Both the position numbers and the translations under genes were made by a program. Positions 1 through 12,400 of a stretch of DNA of 64,000 bases are shown here, one piece after another. The stretch's first letter is position 1, and each line of letters opens with the position of its first letter. The notes beneath the pieces were generated by a model. That model had not been told where the DNA came from, did not search any database, and saw only the letters and a list, made by a program, of their open reading frames with translations. Source of the stretch: Oikopleura dioica. Its lineage: Eukaryota > Animalia > Chordata. The stretch covers positions 372,001 to 436,000 of the forward strand of contig OU015568.1 of assembly GCA_907165135.1 (NCBI GenBank), given 5' to 3'.

Positions 1-77
1 CCTGAAATCTTGAGAAAAAACAGATGCTCACAACAAAAAATTTTTCACCAATATATTGTGGATTATTCTGAGACAAA

Positions 78-703
78 ATGAAGTTGCTTTCGCTCTTTTT
101 ATTCAACCTAGGGGTTGATGCGGTTTCGATCGAAAAGGGAGACGCTGCGGTCGAGAAAGTTATTAGCGATGAACTCGTCAAATGTGGTCGGAACAGCATG
201 TCTATGCCACGATGTGTTCTGAATCTTCACGATGCCTTGCTTGTCGAAACTGGAAGAAAGTACAGTTGCGTTTGCTCCGACGATTCCGCTCGTACTGCTG
301 GACACTCGACGATTCCGACCAACACGTAAGGGATAAAATAATTTTTTGAATCATTTTCAATCAAGTGGATACGGTCATGGATACAATCTTGTTGCCTCCT
401 GTGGCATCGAAGGCAATTCCAACGTCTATAAAGACCTCTTCGAGGCTTATGTAAGTGGCTCAATTGTTTGAGAAAATAAATTCTTTCCAGTGCGACATCT
501 GCTCAAGCGCTTGCACATATCAATCGAACCCACCAATGTGCGCTGTTGAATGTATGGGAAATGTCTCACAAAGTCTCGGCTTTTGTGAAACGAAGCAAAT
601 AACCATGCTTGTTGGGCAGGGCGATATGGGTATCTACTCCTATGGTGGCGATATGTTCGGCTCGAGATATGCTGGAATGACATGCGCTGCTTTCTGTGTC
701 TGA
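78..703 (+). CDS. Small secreted cysteine-rich protein, 3 exons
   Basis: Signal peptide MKLLSLFLFNLGVDA. Two 40-nt GT-AG introns (326-365, 451-490) join ORF 78-329 to the Cys-rich ORF ending at 703 in frame. Confidence 0.75.
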
Positions 704-953
704 AATTATTACATGGTCTTCGATCGAGATCGATCAATAAAATTGAGACAGTGTTTCTTAAAAAAAATTTTCTGTAAAAAATAAGGGAAAAAAGATGCGT
801 CAGAGGGAAAAAAATTCCGGGCATGCTGCCATAAAGCGTAAATAATCAGCTCAATGCTTGTTTTTTCGCCACTCGGGGGCATAATTGTGGCGTCATCGGT
901 TTCTCGCTTTTTATCAGCTTCCTTCAAAAACAAAGCTGGAAAAGAAATAAGTG

Positions 954-3607
954 ATGCCCGTCTTGTCAAATTCTAGGGCTAGTTCGTATAGAAAGGCTTT
1001 TGGGCCGACGAGGGGGCAGTTTGGGAGTACGCAGAGTATCAACAAGATTCCCAATGAAGGTGCAGAGAAGACGGACTTTTATACTTCCGATGATATTCAA
1101 GGTAAAATCTTAAAGCGCTAGAATTTGTCTCATTAGCTATTTTAGCCATGTACGCCGCAGCGCAGAATAAATTTGGATCCCCAAACGAGCGACTTGGATC
1201 ACTGAACTCTCGATTCGCGAGCTACATTGAAAAAGTCCGATTCTTGGAAGAGCAGAATAGAATTCTAGAGCTGAAAATCAAAGCTGCTCAGAAACGGAAG
1301 TCTGAAATTGAAAATCACCATGATACGGCGAGGGAGATCGATGCCTTGAGAATCGCAATTGATCAAGAAACGATGGAGAAGGTCAAGATGCAGGTTGAGA
1401 GGGATAATTTGAAGGGAGATGCTGTTGAACTTAGGAATCGGGATAAAAATGATCTAGATTGAAAACCATAATGCAGCCAGATTTGAGATATATATATACT
1501 TTTCTGGAGACAACCTCTCTGAGGATTATATAATATAATAATCAACTTCTATTTAATATTAAATTCTGACTACGAACCTTAACTTAAATTTTAGCAATGA
1601 ATGCTTAGATCAAACTTATCTTTAAAAGTCATAAAATTGAGGACGAACATACTTTACGAAATGATCTTACAGATGAGCTTCAAAAGATGAGAAAAGATGT
1701 TGATGACGCAACGATGGTTCGGGTTGATCTTGGTAAGAATATCTTATTCAAAATACTATTTAAACACCACAAATATATTTCCAGGCTAGATAATCAGTAT
1801 TTTAATGCTTCAATACAGTATCGAATACTCAAAATTAACATGAAAAGTCCCATCAATTAAGACTGGAGACTAGCCTTTGAGATAACTTAATTCTTCTAAA
1901 TATGATCATCAATTTAGAACGCAAAATCGAAACTGTTCAAGAAGAACTTGACTACACCCGCCGAGTCCGAGCTGAAGAGATAGAGGATCTCAAGGTAATT
2001 TTATCTATCGGCATTATGTTTAAAAGATTCTTAGAATCAAATCTCTGAGCAAGGAATTTCCGTGGAAGTTGACGGTGTCACACCAGATATGACGCTTATT
2101 CTTGCCGAGATTCGAAAAGAATACGACGTCATTGCTGCGAAAAACAGAGATGAAGCAGAAGAATGGTACAAGAGAAAATGCTCGGATTTGGAGGAAAAAT
2201 CAAGATCGAATCAGGAAGAACTCGAGAAGGTCAACGCCGAAATCGCGGAGTACAGGAATGGTCGAAAAACCGGACTTCGGTATAAAATCAGGGTGCGCGT
2301 CAGTTAAGGCGTTTTTGCCATTTGCGTCTTTTAAGGCATTGCGTCTTTTAAGGCACTTGCGTCAGTTAAGGCGCTGAAAAATGACTAGTGGAATTCTGAT
2401 ATCAAGTAGGGTCTGCTAAATTACCTCGATTGTAACTATCCTTGAAATTCTCCTTATTTCAATCTCAAATTTAACAGCGTATTCAAAATATTTAAATTTC
2501 AGATAATTTCAAATACATTGAAAACGATCTGAGAAAATTAACTAAAATTTTAGTGTCGAACCTTTATTTTTACAAATAATAAATTTATTCTATCAAGAAA
2601 AACTTCAAATTCAATCATAAACCAGCGGTTCAGCTTATAACTGAATATAAAAAGATTTTCTTGAGAAAATATTAACTTTGGCACTTACCCTAGGAATTGG
2701 TAAAGTAATATTTTATCAAGAAATCTAGCAGACCCTAGTTGATATCAGAATTCCACTAGTCATTTTTCAGCGCCTTAACTGACGCAAGTGCCTTAAAAGA
2801 CGCAATGCCTTAAAAGACGCAAATGGCAAAAACGCCTTAACTGACGCGCACCCATAAAATCATAGCGTCCTTTTAAACCATTGAAAAGAAAGCAAGTCAC
2901 GCGGCTGGAAATGGAGCTTGAGAGTCTCAGAGGAACAAACGAATACCTCGAGCGAAATCTTCAGGTTTATTGACTGATAACGCATTTTTCTTATTTTCCC
3001 AAGGACATGGAAAAACGCTCAGAAGTCGAGGTCCAATCTTATCAAGCGCGAGTTTCAAAGCTTCAAGCTGAGCTGGATCGTGCTGTTAGTGACATGAAGG
3101 TATGACCCCGTGTTGTTCGTGATTCTAGAGATTTTTAGCGACATTTGACGGAGTACAAGAACCTTATGAGCGTGAAACTTTCGCTGGAGAAGGAAATCGA
3201 TACATACAGAAGCCTTTTGGAGGGCGAAGAAGGGCGGATTTCAACAAATGGTTCTTCAGGTACCAATTTCCCTTCGAAAAGATGCTCTATTGAATCTAGA
3301 TTCTGACCGAGACGATTCAAGCGAAGATGAGCGCCCACCGGTCCAAATCATCAAAACCCCCTCCAAGCCAATTTCCGCCCCAGCGATTCCTCCCCGAATC
3401 CCCGATCGACCAAAACCAACTCATACAGCGACAAAAGTCGTTGCCATCAAAGCTCCAGCGATTCCAAAGCGAGTGGAGCCCTCGATTATCATCAAGAAAA
3501 CTGCGCCACCAAGTGACTCAAGCTCTTCTGACGACTCTTCTGACTCTTCTTCTGACGATTCTGATGACTCATCGGAAGATTCTTCTGATGATTCTGTTTC
3601 TGAGTGA
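954..3607 (+). CDS. Cytoplasmic intermediate filament protein (type III/IV-like) with Pro- and Ser/Asp-rich tail
   Basis: Head motif SSYRKAFG, coil 1[20 protein letters not shown], rod end [19 protein letters not shown]. Multi-exon; two introns need GA donors (1435-1628, 2256-2888). Confidence 0.93.
2291..2853. mobile_element. Non-autonomous MITE, Mutator-like (about 130-bp TIRs, 9-bp TSD)
   Basis: GGGTGCGCGTCAGTTAAGGCG... at 2291 is mirrored at 2853. Exact direct repeat ATAAAATCA at 2282-2290 and 2854-2862. Lies in an intron of the filament gene. Confidence 0.88.
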
Positions 3608-3947
3608 ATCGATGTTTTATGATCTTCATCTCTTTGCAGAATCATTAATAATTCTGGACACTAATAAATAATAAAAAAAAAACCGCGAGAATGTAGACAT
3701 CACAATTCTTGGCCGTTTGTCAATAATCATTATCCAATCAGCATTATAACCACTCTCCCGAGTCTCATCACCTCTCGAGTCTCACGCCCAGTCCCTTTTT
3801 TTCCTTCATGCTCAATTCTCCAAAAAGCAGCCCGAGGCGTCTCTAGCGTCAAGAATAAAACGCGCTCAATTGAACGAAAGCGCATTTTATCCGGGCCTCT
3901 TTCTTTGCCTTTCTTTTATATCCAGAACAAATTTTCAAAAAGACTAG

Positions 3948-6900
3948 AAATGGATGACTTGAAGATGGAGAGAGAAAACAGTGCGAATTTCTTTGATATC
4001 GTCAAATTGACGAAAGAAAGAGCAAATGAGAAGAAGAATGAAGAATTTACGCATAAAATCGACAGAAAAGTAAGCATTTTTGTGTCTTTTTATTGCCGGA
4101 AATAAAACCGCAAATCTCTGGGTGGTCACTCGAATCGCCGAAATTTGGGAAAAAAAAAGTCGATTTTTGCGAAAATTTTCGCTGAAATCAGATTTTTTGG
4201 GACTTCAAAATGTTCGAAAATGTTCATTTCTATTTATCTCTAATTTTTACCGTATTTGTATTATTTTTAAAGCTTCTGAATCGCTGAAATTGTCGTTTGA
4301 AAAGGTCAAGTTAACCCCCCTCTTCTCCCACCCGAACGGAGTAAATCTCTCGATTCATTATAAATTCAGGAGACTGTCAGACTGGGAAAGCATACGAAAT
4401 TCAACGAAGCTACGAAAGCATTCATTTTCAAACGAAGCCAGGGAGATGAAATTGGTTTAGGCCGGGGCTCAAATTCATCATGAATTTTTAATGGGACCTT
4501 ACCGGACTTGATCCCTCCTTTTTTAGAGTTTTTTTTTATGATCCGTGACAAACGTCGTCTGCCACCATCTGCTTCTTCTGGTACCGGATGAACAAAGAAT
4601 TTGCCCTTGTTAGATGGGTGTTTTCTTTGTTAGTTAATTACCGGCAATTTGCCAGAAAAGATGATTTTGAGGACATAATTGCTTCTTTTCTTTGCTAATT
4701 TAACAATTGTCTATCAGAAAAAATAATGAATAGAGCCCAAAAAAGCGCTTCAATTAGCGATCATTCACCTGACAGAAATGTACCAAAAGAAGAAATCAAA
4801 GGACGAACTGCTTCTATTCCAAGATTTCCAGAAAACTCGAAAAGTCTATTTTCCGGCTGCTGGTTCTGAAAAACTCCAACGCACACTCTTTCTGATTTCA
4901 AGTTCAAAGCTCAAAGGTAGGCGACTTTTTCCGATATTTTTCTTAACAAGTTTTAGTCCGAAAGGATTCCAGTACTTTAGAAAAGCTCTTGGGATATCGG
5001 ATGAGGAGTACATTTCGAAAATTGCAAAGGGGAAGCTGAAAGTAATGGGCAATCCGGCAAAATCAGGTATAAAATGGACTTTATGAGAGGGAGGTCCTTA
5101 TTTTTGATTTAATTTCTAAACCTTAGACTCTTAAATTCAGGTAAAGACTCTGAAGTTTAGAGTCTAAGCTTGATACTGAATAAGTCCAAAAAGGGGTTCA
5201 ATTTATCGTGAATTCTCATGATGAGTCATAATGAGTCATCTGAGCCCTTTTAGAGAGTAATCCCTTTATATTGTTCTTTGGTGAGGTGTTTTAACAAGCT
5301 ACGATGGCCGAGTGGTTAAGGCGTTGGACTTGAAATCCAATGGGGTCTCCCCGCGTAGGTTCAAATCCTGCTCGTAGCGCCATTTTTTCAAATTTTGGAA
5401 ACCCCTCATTCCCCCTTTAGGCGCTCTCATGTGGACGACATCGGACAATTCGTACGTTTTCAAGACGGTTTCAAAGGCACAGTCGAAGTTTTTGAAGCAG
5501 ATGCTGCTTGGTTACTACATGACGTTGCACCAACATCCGAATACGTTTTTGACGAAGTTTTATGGGCTTTATACTCTTCGAATGAGGTAGGATTTACGCC
5601 CAGGAAACACCATAAAAATGAAACAAATATTACGAAGTCGTTTTTAGTCGTTGCTTCTATCAGTGAACATCTTACCAAGCCACAAGAATGCTTCTTTCGA
5701 AACCCGTATTGGGCAAATTAACCATAAGCTAGAATCATAAGACTTAAGGGGGAGGTCGTCGAGAAAATTTTTTTCGCCTTTTCAAAATTTTGATTATATT
5801 TTTGGATTCCTCGATAAAAAAGGAGTATTTTTGGTCTCTAGCATTTTCTCAATTTGTTAACTTTTTAATGTAAAATTTTCGATAGTAAGTCTCGAACTTG
5901 AAATTTCTTGAAAATTATTAGTTGGTGATTTCGTCCAAAAAAGGCATTGTTTAAAAATGATTTCTGACAAATTATTTAAAAAAAAAATCCTAGTCTTTAT
6001 TTACTAATTTTTGTAAAAATTTCCATGAAAAAATGGCTAAAAATGTCGATTTTGACGAAAATCGAATATTTTTAATCAATGAGAAAAAAATTTTTATGAA
6101 AATTACCCTTAATTTTTTGATCGCCGGTTAATTTTTAAGGGTCTAAACTATTTATAAATTATAATTGATGAAGAAAAAAAAACTCGGTTTTCGAGATTTT
6201 TTGGTCACGAGACACCCCCACTTCAACCCTAATTTTTGAAAAATTTTTCAAAAATTTTTTTTTTCTGCTTTTCGCCGGTTAATTTTTCAAACCCTTTTCT
6301 TTTAATCTGAAAAGTCAGAATTTTTCTATCCAATCGGGTTTCTCCGCATTTTTGGTCACGGAAATCCCGATTCTCGTCGACCTCCCCCTTAATCATCCCT
6401 AGAAAACGATCGATCAGAATCGTCGTGATGCGCAACTTCTTTCCTCATGGAATCGAGCTCACCCACAAATTCGACTTGAAAGGCTCTACCATCTCCCGAG
6501 AAGCAGGAGAAAAAGAAAAGAAAAAAGCTCAACCAACATATCGAGATCTCGATTTTGATGAAATCTTTGGATCGCTGCATCTGGAGCCAGAATATTACAA
6601 CGAAATCGAGAAGAGTATCAAGTTTGATTCGACCGTTCTCGATGCTTATAATATTTTCGACTATTCGTTGTTACTCGGAGTTGTCAAGCCAAAAAATGAA
6701 AGAATAATTCAAGGTAGAAGATAAGCCGTCGACACCCTTAAAAATCTCTATCAATTCAGATTTGCAAAGAAAAATGTCTCGAGAAAACTTCCTCGACATG
6801 GTTTTCGAGGGCGGAATTCCAGCTCGAGACAAAACCGGCGCCCGGTGCTACCTGTACATTGGAATTGTAGATATGCTTCAAGAATACGACCTCCCGCACA

Positions 6901-7184
6901 AACTTCAATACATTTGGAAAGCAGTAAAACACAGACCTCAAAATCTTCATAAAGTTTCTGTCCAGCCGCCTGGCAAATACAAACGTAAGAGAATCTTTAA
7001 AAAGGTGGATAAAAAATCGGTTTTAGATCGATTTGATGCCTACATGCTCAACAGCGTTTTCCAACCAAAGACCTCAGAAGAAGATAAAAAAGAAGAAGAA
7101 ACAGAAATGAAATCGCCAGTGAAAAACTGGCAACGCGCACTAAGCCTTGCTATGAAAATCGACTCGCAAAAAGAAGAGCTTTAG
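3948..7184 (+). CDS. PIP5K1: Type I phosphatidylinositol-4-phosphate 5-kinase-like; 5' exons uncertain; apparent -1 frameshift at about 4870
   Basis: Motifs ALQLAI..LLFQDF, FP..GS..TP.H..SDFKFK, FQYFRKALGI, VFKTV..LGYYMTL.Q.PNTFLTKFYGLY, IVVMRN, KFDLKGST, DYSLLLGV, YIGIVDMLQEY. Confidence 0.88.
5298..5379 (+). tRNA. tRNA-Ser(UGA), inside a PIP5K intron
   Basis: Acceptor stem GCTACGA/TCGTAGC, D arm TGGCCGAGTGGTTAAGGC, anticodon arm TTGGA-CTTGAAA-TCCAA, long variable arm, T loop GGTTCAAATCC, then a T6 terminator. Confidence 0.96.
5748..6388. mobile_element. TTAA-flanked non-autonomous element with GG..CC termini (Kolobok-like)
   Basis: TTAA|GGGGGAGGTCGTCGAGAA ... TTCTCGTCGACCTCCCCC|TTAA, in a PIP5K intron. 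Confidence 0.8.
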
Positions 7185-7359
7185 AAAAAATATGTGAATA
7201 AAATGTTTTCTTCGAACTGTAAATTCTCGTATCAATAAATTTCGCATTTCTACCGCTTCATTGGTTGTTCGATTTTCAAATTTACTTATGCAAACAATTA
7301 CAGTCACAATATTCAAACACCAAAAGAAAAAAGCATCCAAAAGCAGCGAAAAAGAGCAA

Positions 7360-9213
7360 ATGCCGAATTCGCTGAATGAGAGATTCGTGAATTTGGAAAA
7401 CTCAGAGTTTGGAGACGTCCGGGGAGTCACTAGAGCGACTGATAAAGAAACAGGAGATATAGTCATGATCAAATGGATACAGATACGGTCACAGGCGCAG
7501 CTAGAAGAAGCAGAAGAGGAGGCGAGAAACTTGAGCGCTATCAGTAAGCTTGTGCTTTTATTTTGAAAATTAATTGATAACAAGAGCACCCGTTTATCGT
7601 TGAGTTTATCGAATTCCTCCCCGAAATGAGGCTAGATTGGTGGCGATTCGGACTTTTATCCTTTATTGCGATGGAATATTGCGAAGGTGGAAGTCTGGTA
7701 GACTGGATCCAGCGGAAGAAACGAGCTGGGCGAACAAGCAAGCCAGAAGAAGTGGCTCTGATTGGTGCTCAAATCGTCAGCGCGCTGAGCTACTGCCACA
7801 AGAGGAAGATTCTTCACCTCGATTTAAAACCGGCAAATGTTTTTGTCAAGGCAGATCAGATCACCGTAAGTTTTTTCTTTTCATTTTTCAGATAAATAAT
7901 TTGTTCAGGTCAAACTCGGTGATTTCGGCTCTGCGTCAGAGGTTCGTTCTGTCACTAGGACGAGCAATACGACAAATGCTCACGATGTCAGAAATACGGA
8001 ACTGTACGCACCACCAGGAAAGGCTTAGAATAACTCAGGAAAAGATGAATTTTTATGGGCCATTGTAAAACCTTTGAAAAGAACATTTCAAGGACGAGGG
8101 AATCGCAAAATCTCCAAGACTCGATGTTTGGGGTTTTGGAATGATCTTGCAGGTATTTCTTCTTGAAAAATTCAAAAATCTGATAAACTCACTTCTAGGA
8201 GTTGATCACCTTCGAACATGCTTTTACGCCGAATAATTATCAAGGGCATAACATCGCTCATCAAATGAGTAGGAAACTTTAAATTTCCATAAGGCCAGTC
8301 GAAAATTCTAGAGCTCAATATCCGCGATGGATTACGCCGATCAATCCCGGGTTATTCTCTACCTGGGAATTTCAACGAGTTTGAAGATCTTCTCGAAAAA
8401 TGCTTGAATCCTGTGAAATCTGAACGACCGGCTAATGCTTTGGAGCTTCAAAGCGAAGAGCTTTTCTCTGAGCTTATTCAAAGATTGGAGGAAGGAATTA
8501 GACCGACAGACATTTTTGTCCCACCAGAAGAGACGATCCGAATTTTGAGACTTGAAAATGCTAAGATGAAGGAAGAAATCAAAAGAAAAAATGCTGAGCT
8601 TGAGCAAAAAGATCGAGAGCTTCAATTAAAAGACCAAAAAGTAAAAGAATTCGAGGGAAAAAATCGTGCGTTAACAGCGAAGATCAGATTGAAAGAAGAA
8701 AGTTCACTGAATCTGTCAGAAAAGGAGGATATCAAGTTGAAGATAAAAGAAAACCACCGCAAATTTGTTGAAGGGACCGAAATTATGTTGAAAAAATTCG
8801 AAGAGGAGAGAAACAAAAAAATAGCGGAACAGGGTAAATTGCCTATTGAATCAAGGGAACAAACTGACTCTGCATCTTTTGAACTAAATCAGCTCGTACA
8901 AGAGCTTGGTCCCCTTGGCGGCGCTGGAAATTTTTTCGAAAATGATCGGCAAAAAGCATCTGGTGGTCCTAGAAACTGGATGAAGGAAGATGATATAAAA
9001 AAAGTTTTGAGACTGCTATCGTTAGGACAGAAGAAAGTTAATATCAAACTTATGAAGCAACAGTCAATTCGTTTGAATTGTCACGAGTGGCGTTTTGACT
9101 TCAGAAAAATAAATCAAGAATATAGTGTCAACATAGCTTCGAATGAAAAACGTCATAAAATAGACTTTGTCATTGACCAGATTCATCATTTTACGGGCAA
9201 AGTTCTGTCATAA
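7360..9213 (+). CDS. Ser/Thr protein kinase (NEK-like) with C-terminal coiled coil; an upstream in-frame ATG exists at 7288
   Basis: MIKWI, AMEYCEGGSL, HLDLKPANVF, VKLGDFG, YAPPE (restored by GA-AG intron 8018-8081), DVWGFG, LLEKCLNP...RP; Glu/Lys-rich coil in ORF 8404-9213. Confidence 0.85.
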
Positions 9214-9423
9214 ACAACTCAGACTTCTTACGGTTGGGTCGTAGTTCCGGTAGTTGATGCAACCTTTATTCGTATCAACATCACTGTACATGATCAACAC
9301 GACACTGACAAATAAACTCTTACGATTCTCTCATTGTCGGCGGAAACATTTAACGACCTAATCAGCGCTGCAGAAACAAAGCATTAATAACATGATCTTT
9401 TGTTAATCCAAAAAACACAGAAA

Positions 9424-12400
9424 ATGGTAGAGCTTTCTTTGATTCAAGAGAAAAGTAGAAGGATACAGTTATTGAAGCGAATTTCCATCGGCATCTTTTC
9501 TCTTTTAATTCTCACTGCCTACTCGGTAAAGGAAAGAGTTATGCATTGGGTAAAATTTTTAAGCTTACTTTTCTACACGATGTCCGGGACATATCGGGTC
9601 ACGTGAGAAATTTGGTAAAAAGAGCGTACAAAAATGAGCCGGCAAAAGAAGTGGTCAAAACTCCAGCTGGTTTTCTACCGAATTTTACTGCCGAATACAT
9701 GATCCGGTACTTTTACTTTGCGGATATGAAAGATTGGCAATATGAAGATGTCACTCTTGCCAGCCAGGTAATGGAGATACATGCCTACAAATTGAGAAAT
9801 TCTAGTGCTCTGCGAATCATCTTCATCACGTGATCAACCTGCTTGAACGCTGGTCTGGACCAATGAGGTAAAAAAGAGGGAGTTTGTTTTGCTTATTTTT
9901 ATTGCAGGATTTTTTTAATAGTACCCAGTAAAGTCCCGATCGTAATCAGAGAAATCGTATTTCCCGGAGATGAGGTTTTTCAAGAAGCTGTTGACTTGTC
10001 GGCCGACTCCGAAGCACTGTCGGCAAGTTGAAGCTTTCTCGATTCCGTTTCCTAGAAAAATCGTAATTTTCAAAAATGAGTTGTCTCTTACGGTCAACTG
10101 CGCCAAAAGGAAGGCATTGGTGATCGTTCTGCTTTTGGTTCCCAAGGCAAGCAGATTGTTGGTTGCAAGTTGAGGTGAGTTGAATTTTTCCGTTGTTTCT
10201 TCGCTCGGTGAGTTCGCAGAGATTCCAGTTCGGGGTCGCGCCGGCATCATTGTTAGGGTAAACTTACAAAAAATCAACTTTTTACTGGATGGTCGTAGGA
10301 GGCTTAAAATTTGTAACACATGTGTCCAAGACACATGAATGACATTTTCGAAAAAAAAATTTCCCAATGATCACGTGGTAAATTTCTAGCGCCATCTAAA
10401 ATCACCGAAAATGCCATTTTCCGAACGCACCGAGCTATGAGAACGGGAATACTCTCAATCGATGCGCCTTGAAATTCTGATCATCTTAGAAGAGGAAAAT
10501 TTAGTGCTAGGGTTTCTGATCGATCAGGAATCGCCCGGAGGACCTTCATTGAACACTGGTGGAAGACAAACTCTTGCTGGAAGAAGAATAATTTTAAATC
10601 ATTTTCGAGCATAATAATAAAATTGTAAAAAAATGATTTAATGGGTTTTCCTTGATCACATGACTCCTTGGAGGACTCACCCTGCTGGAAGACCAAGCGT
10701 GGAAAACATGAATATTCTTATATAAAATATTATGAAAAGACCATAAATAAAGATAAAATTTGGTCTGTAAATAAAATTAAAGAAACGGGTGAGGGTGGGG
10801 TTGGGGACAAGATGAAGATTGATCACCTTCACTTGAAACCAAATTATTAAAACAAAGGTGCGAGCCTTATGTCAAGCCCCTTAATTTTAATCAGCCAGGG
10901 ACGGGGCTGAGACGGCCCGAAGGGCCGTCAAGCCCCTTAATTTTAATCAGCCAGGGACGGGGCTGAGACGGCCCGAAGGGCCGTCAAGCCCCTTAATTTT
11001 AATCAGCCAGGGACGGGGCTGAGACGGCCCGAAGGGCCGTCAAGCCCCTTAATTTTAATCAGCCAGGGACGGGGCTGAGACGGCCCGAAGGGCCGTCAAG
11101 CCCTTAATTTTAATCAGCCAGGGACGGGGCTGAGACGGCCCGAAGGGCCGTCAAGCCCCTTAATTTTAATCAGCCAGGGACGGGGCTGAGACGGCCCGAA
11201 GGGCCGTCAAGCCCCTTAATTTTAATCAGCCAGGGACGGGGCTGAGACGGCCCGAAGGGCCGTCAAGCCCCTTAATTTTAATCAGCCAGGGACGGGGCTG
11301 AGACGGCCCGAAGGGCCGTCAAGCCCCTTAATTTTAATCAGCCAGGGACGGGGCTGAGACGGCCCGAAGGGCCGTCAAGCCCCTTAATTTTAATCAGCCA
11401 GGGACGGGGCTGAGACGGCCCGAAGGGCCGTCAAGCCCCTTAATTTTAATCAGCCAGGGACGGGGCTGAGACGGCCCGAAGGGCCGTCAAGCCCCTTAAT
11501 TTTAATCAGCCAGGGACGGGGCTGAGACGGCCCGAAGGGCCGTCAAGCCCCTTAATTTTAATCAGCCAGGGACGGGGCTGAGACGGCCCGAAGGGCCGTC
11601 AAGCCCCTTAATTTTAATCAGCCAGGGACGGGGCTGAGACGGCCCGAAGGGCCGTCAAGCCCTTAATTTTAATCAGCCAGGGACGGGGCTGAGACGGCCC
11701 GAAGGGCCGTCAAGCCCCTTAATTTTAATCAGCCAGGGACGGGGCTGAGACGGCCCGAAGGGCCGTCAAGCCCCTTAATTTTAATCAGCCAGGGACGGGG
11801 CTGAGACGGCCCGAAGGGCCGTCAAGCCCCTTAATTTTAATCAGCCAGGGACGGGGCTGAGACGGCCCGAAGGGCCGTCAAGCCCCTTAATTTTAATCAG
11901 CCAGGGACGGGGCTGAGACGGCCCGAAGGGCCGTCAAGCCCCTTAATTTTAATCAGCCAGGGACGGGGCTGAGACGGCCCGAAGGGCCGTCAAGCCCTTA
12001 ATTTTAATCAGCCAGGGACGGGGCTGAGACGGCCCGAAGGGCCGTCAAGCCCCTTAATTTTAATCAGCCAGGGACGGGGCTGAGACGGCCCGAAGGGCCG
12101 TCAAGCCCCTTAATTTTAATCAGCCAGGGACGGGGCTGAGACGGCCCGAAGGGCCGTCAAGCCCTTAATTTTAATCAGCCAGGGACGGGGCTGAGACGGC
12201 CCGAAGGGCCGTCAAGCCCCTTAATTTTAATCAGCCAGGGACGGGGCTGAGACGGCCCGAAGGGCCGTCAAGCCCTTAATTTTAATCAGCCAGGGACGGG
12301 GCTGAGACGGCCCGAAGGGCCGTCAAGCCCCTTAATTTTAATCAGCCAGGGACGGGGCTGAGACGGCCCGAAGGGCCGTCAAGCCCCTTAATTTTAATCA

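Noticed and set aside
3421-3645. Minus-strand Glu/Ser-rich ORF, and similarly 54380-54742
   Set aside because: Mirror of low-complexity acidic coding sequence on the other strand.
8005-8070. Frameshift in the kinase APE motif
   Set aside because: Resolved without a frameshift by the GA-AG intron 8018-8081.
10895-10935. Hammerhead ribozyme in the satellite unit (CTGAGA-stem-loop)
   Set aside because: The core needs CUGANGA and GAAA; the unit has CTGAGAC and GTCAA, so catalytic positions do not match.
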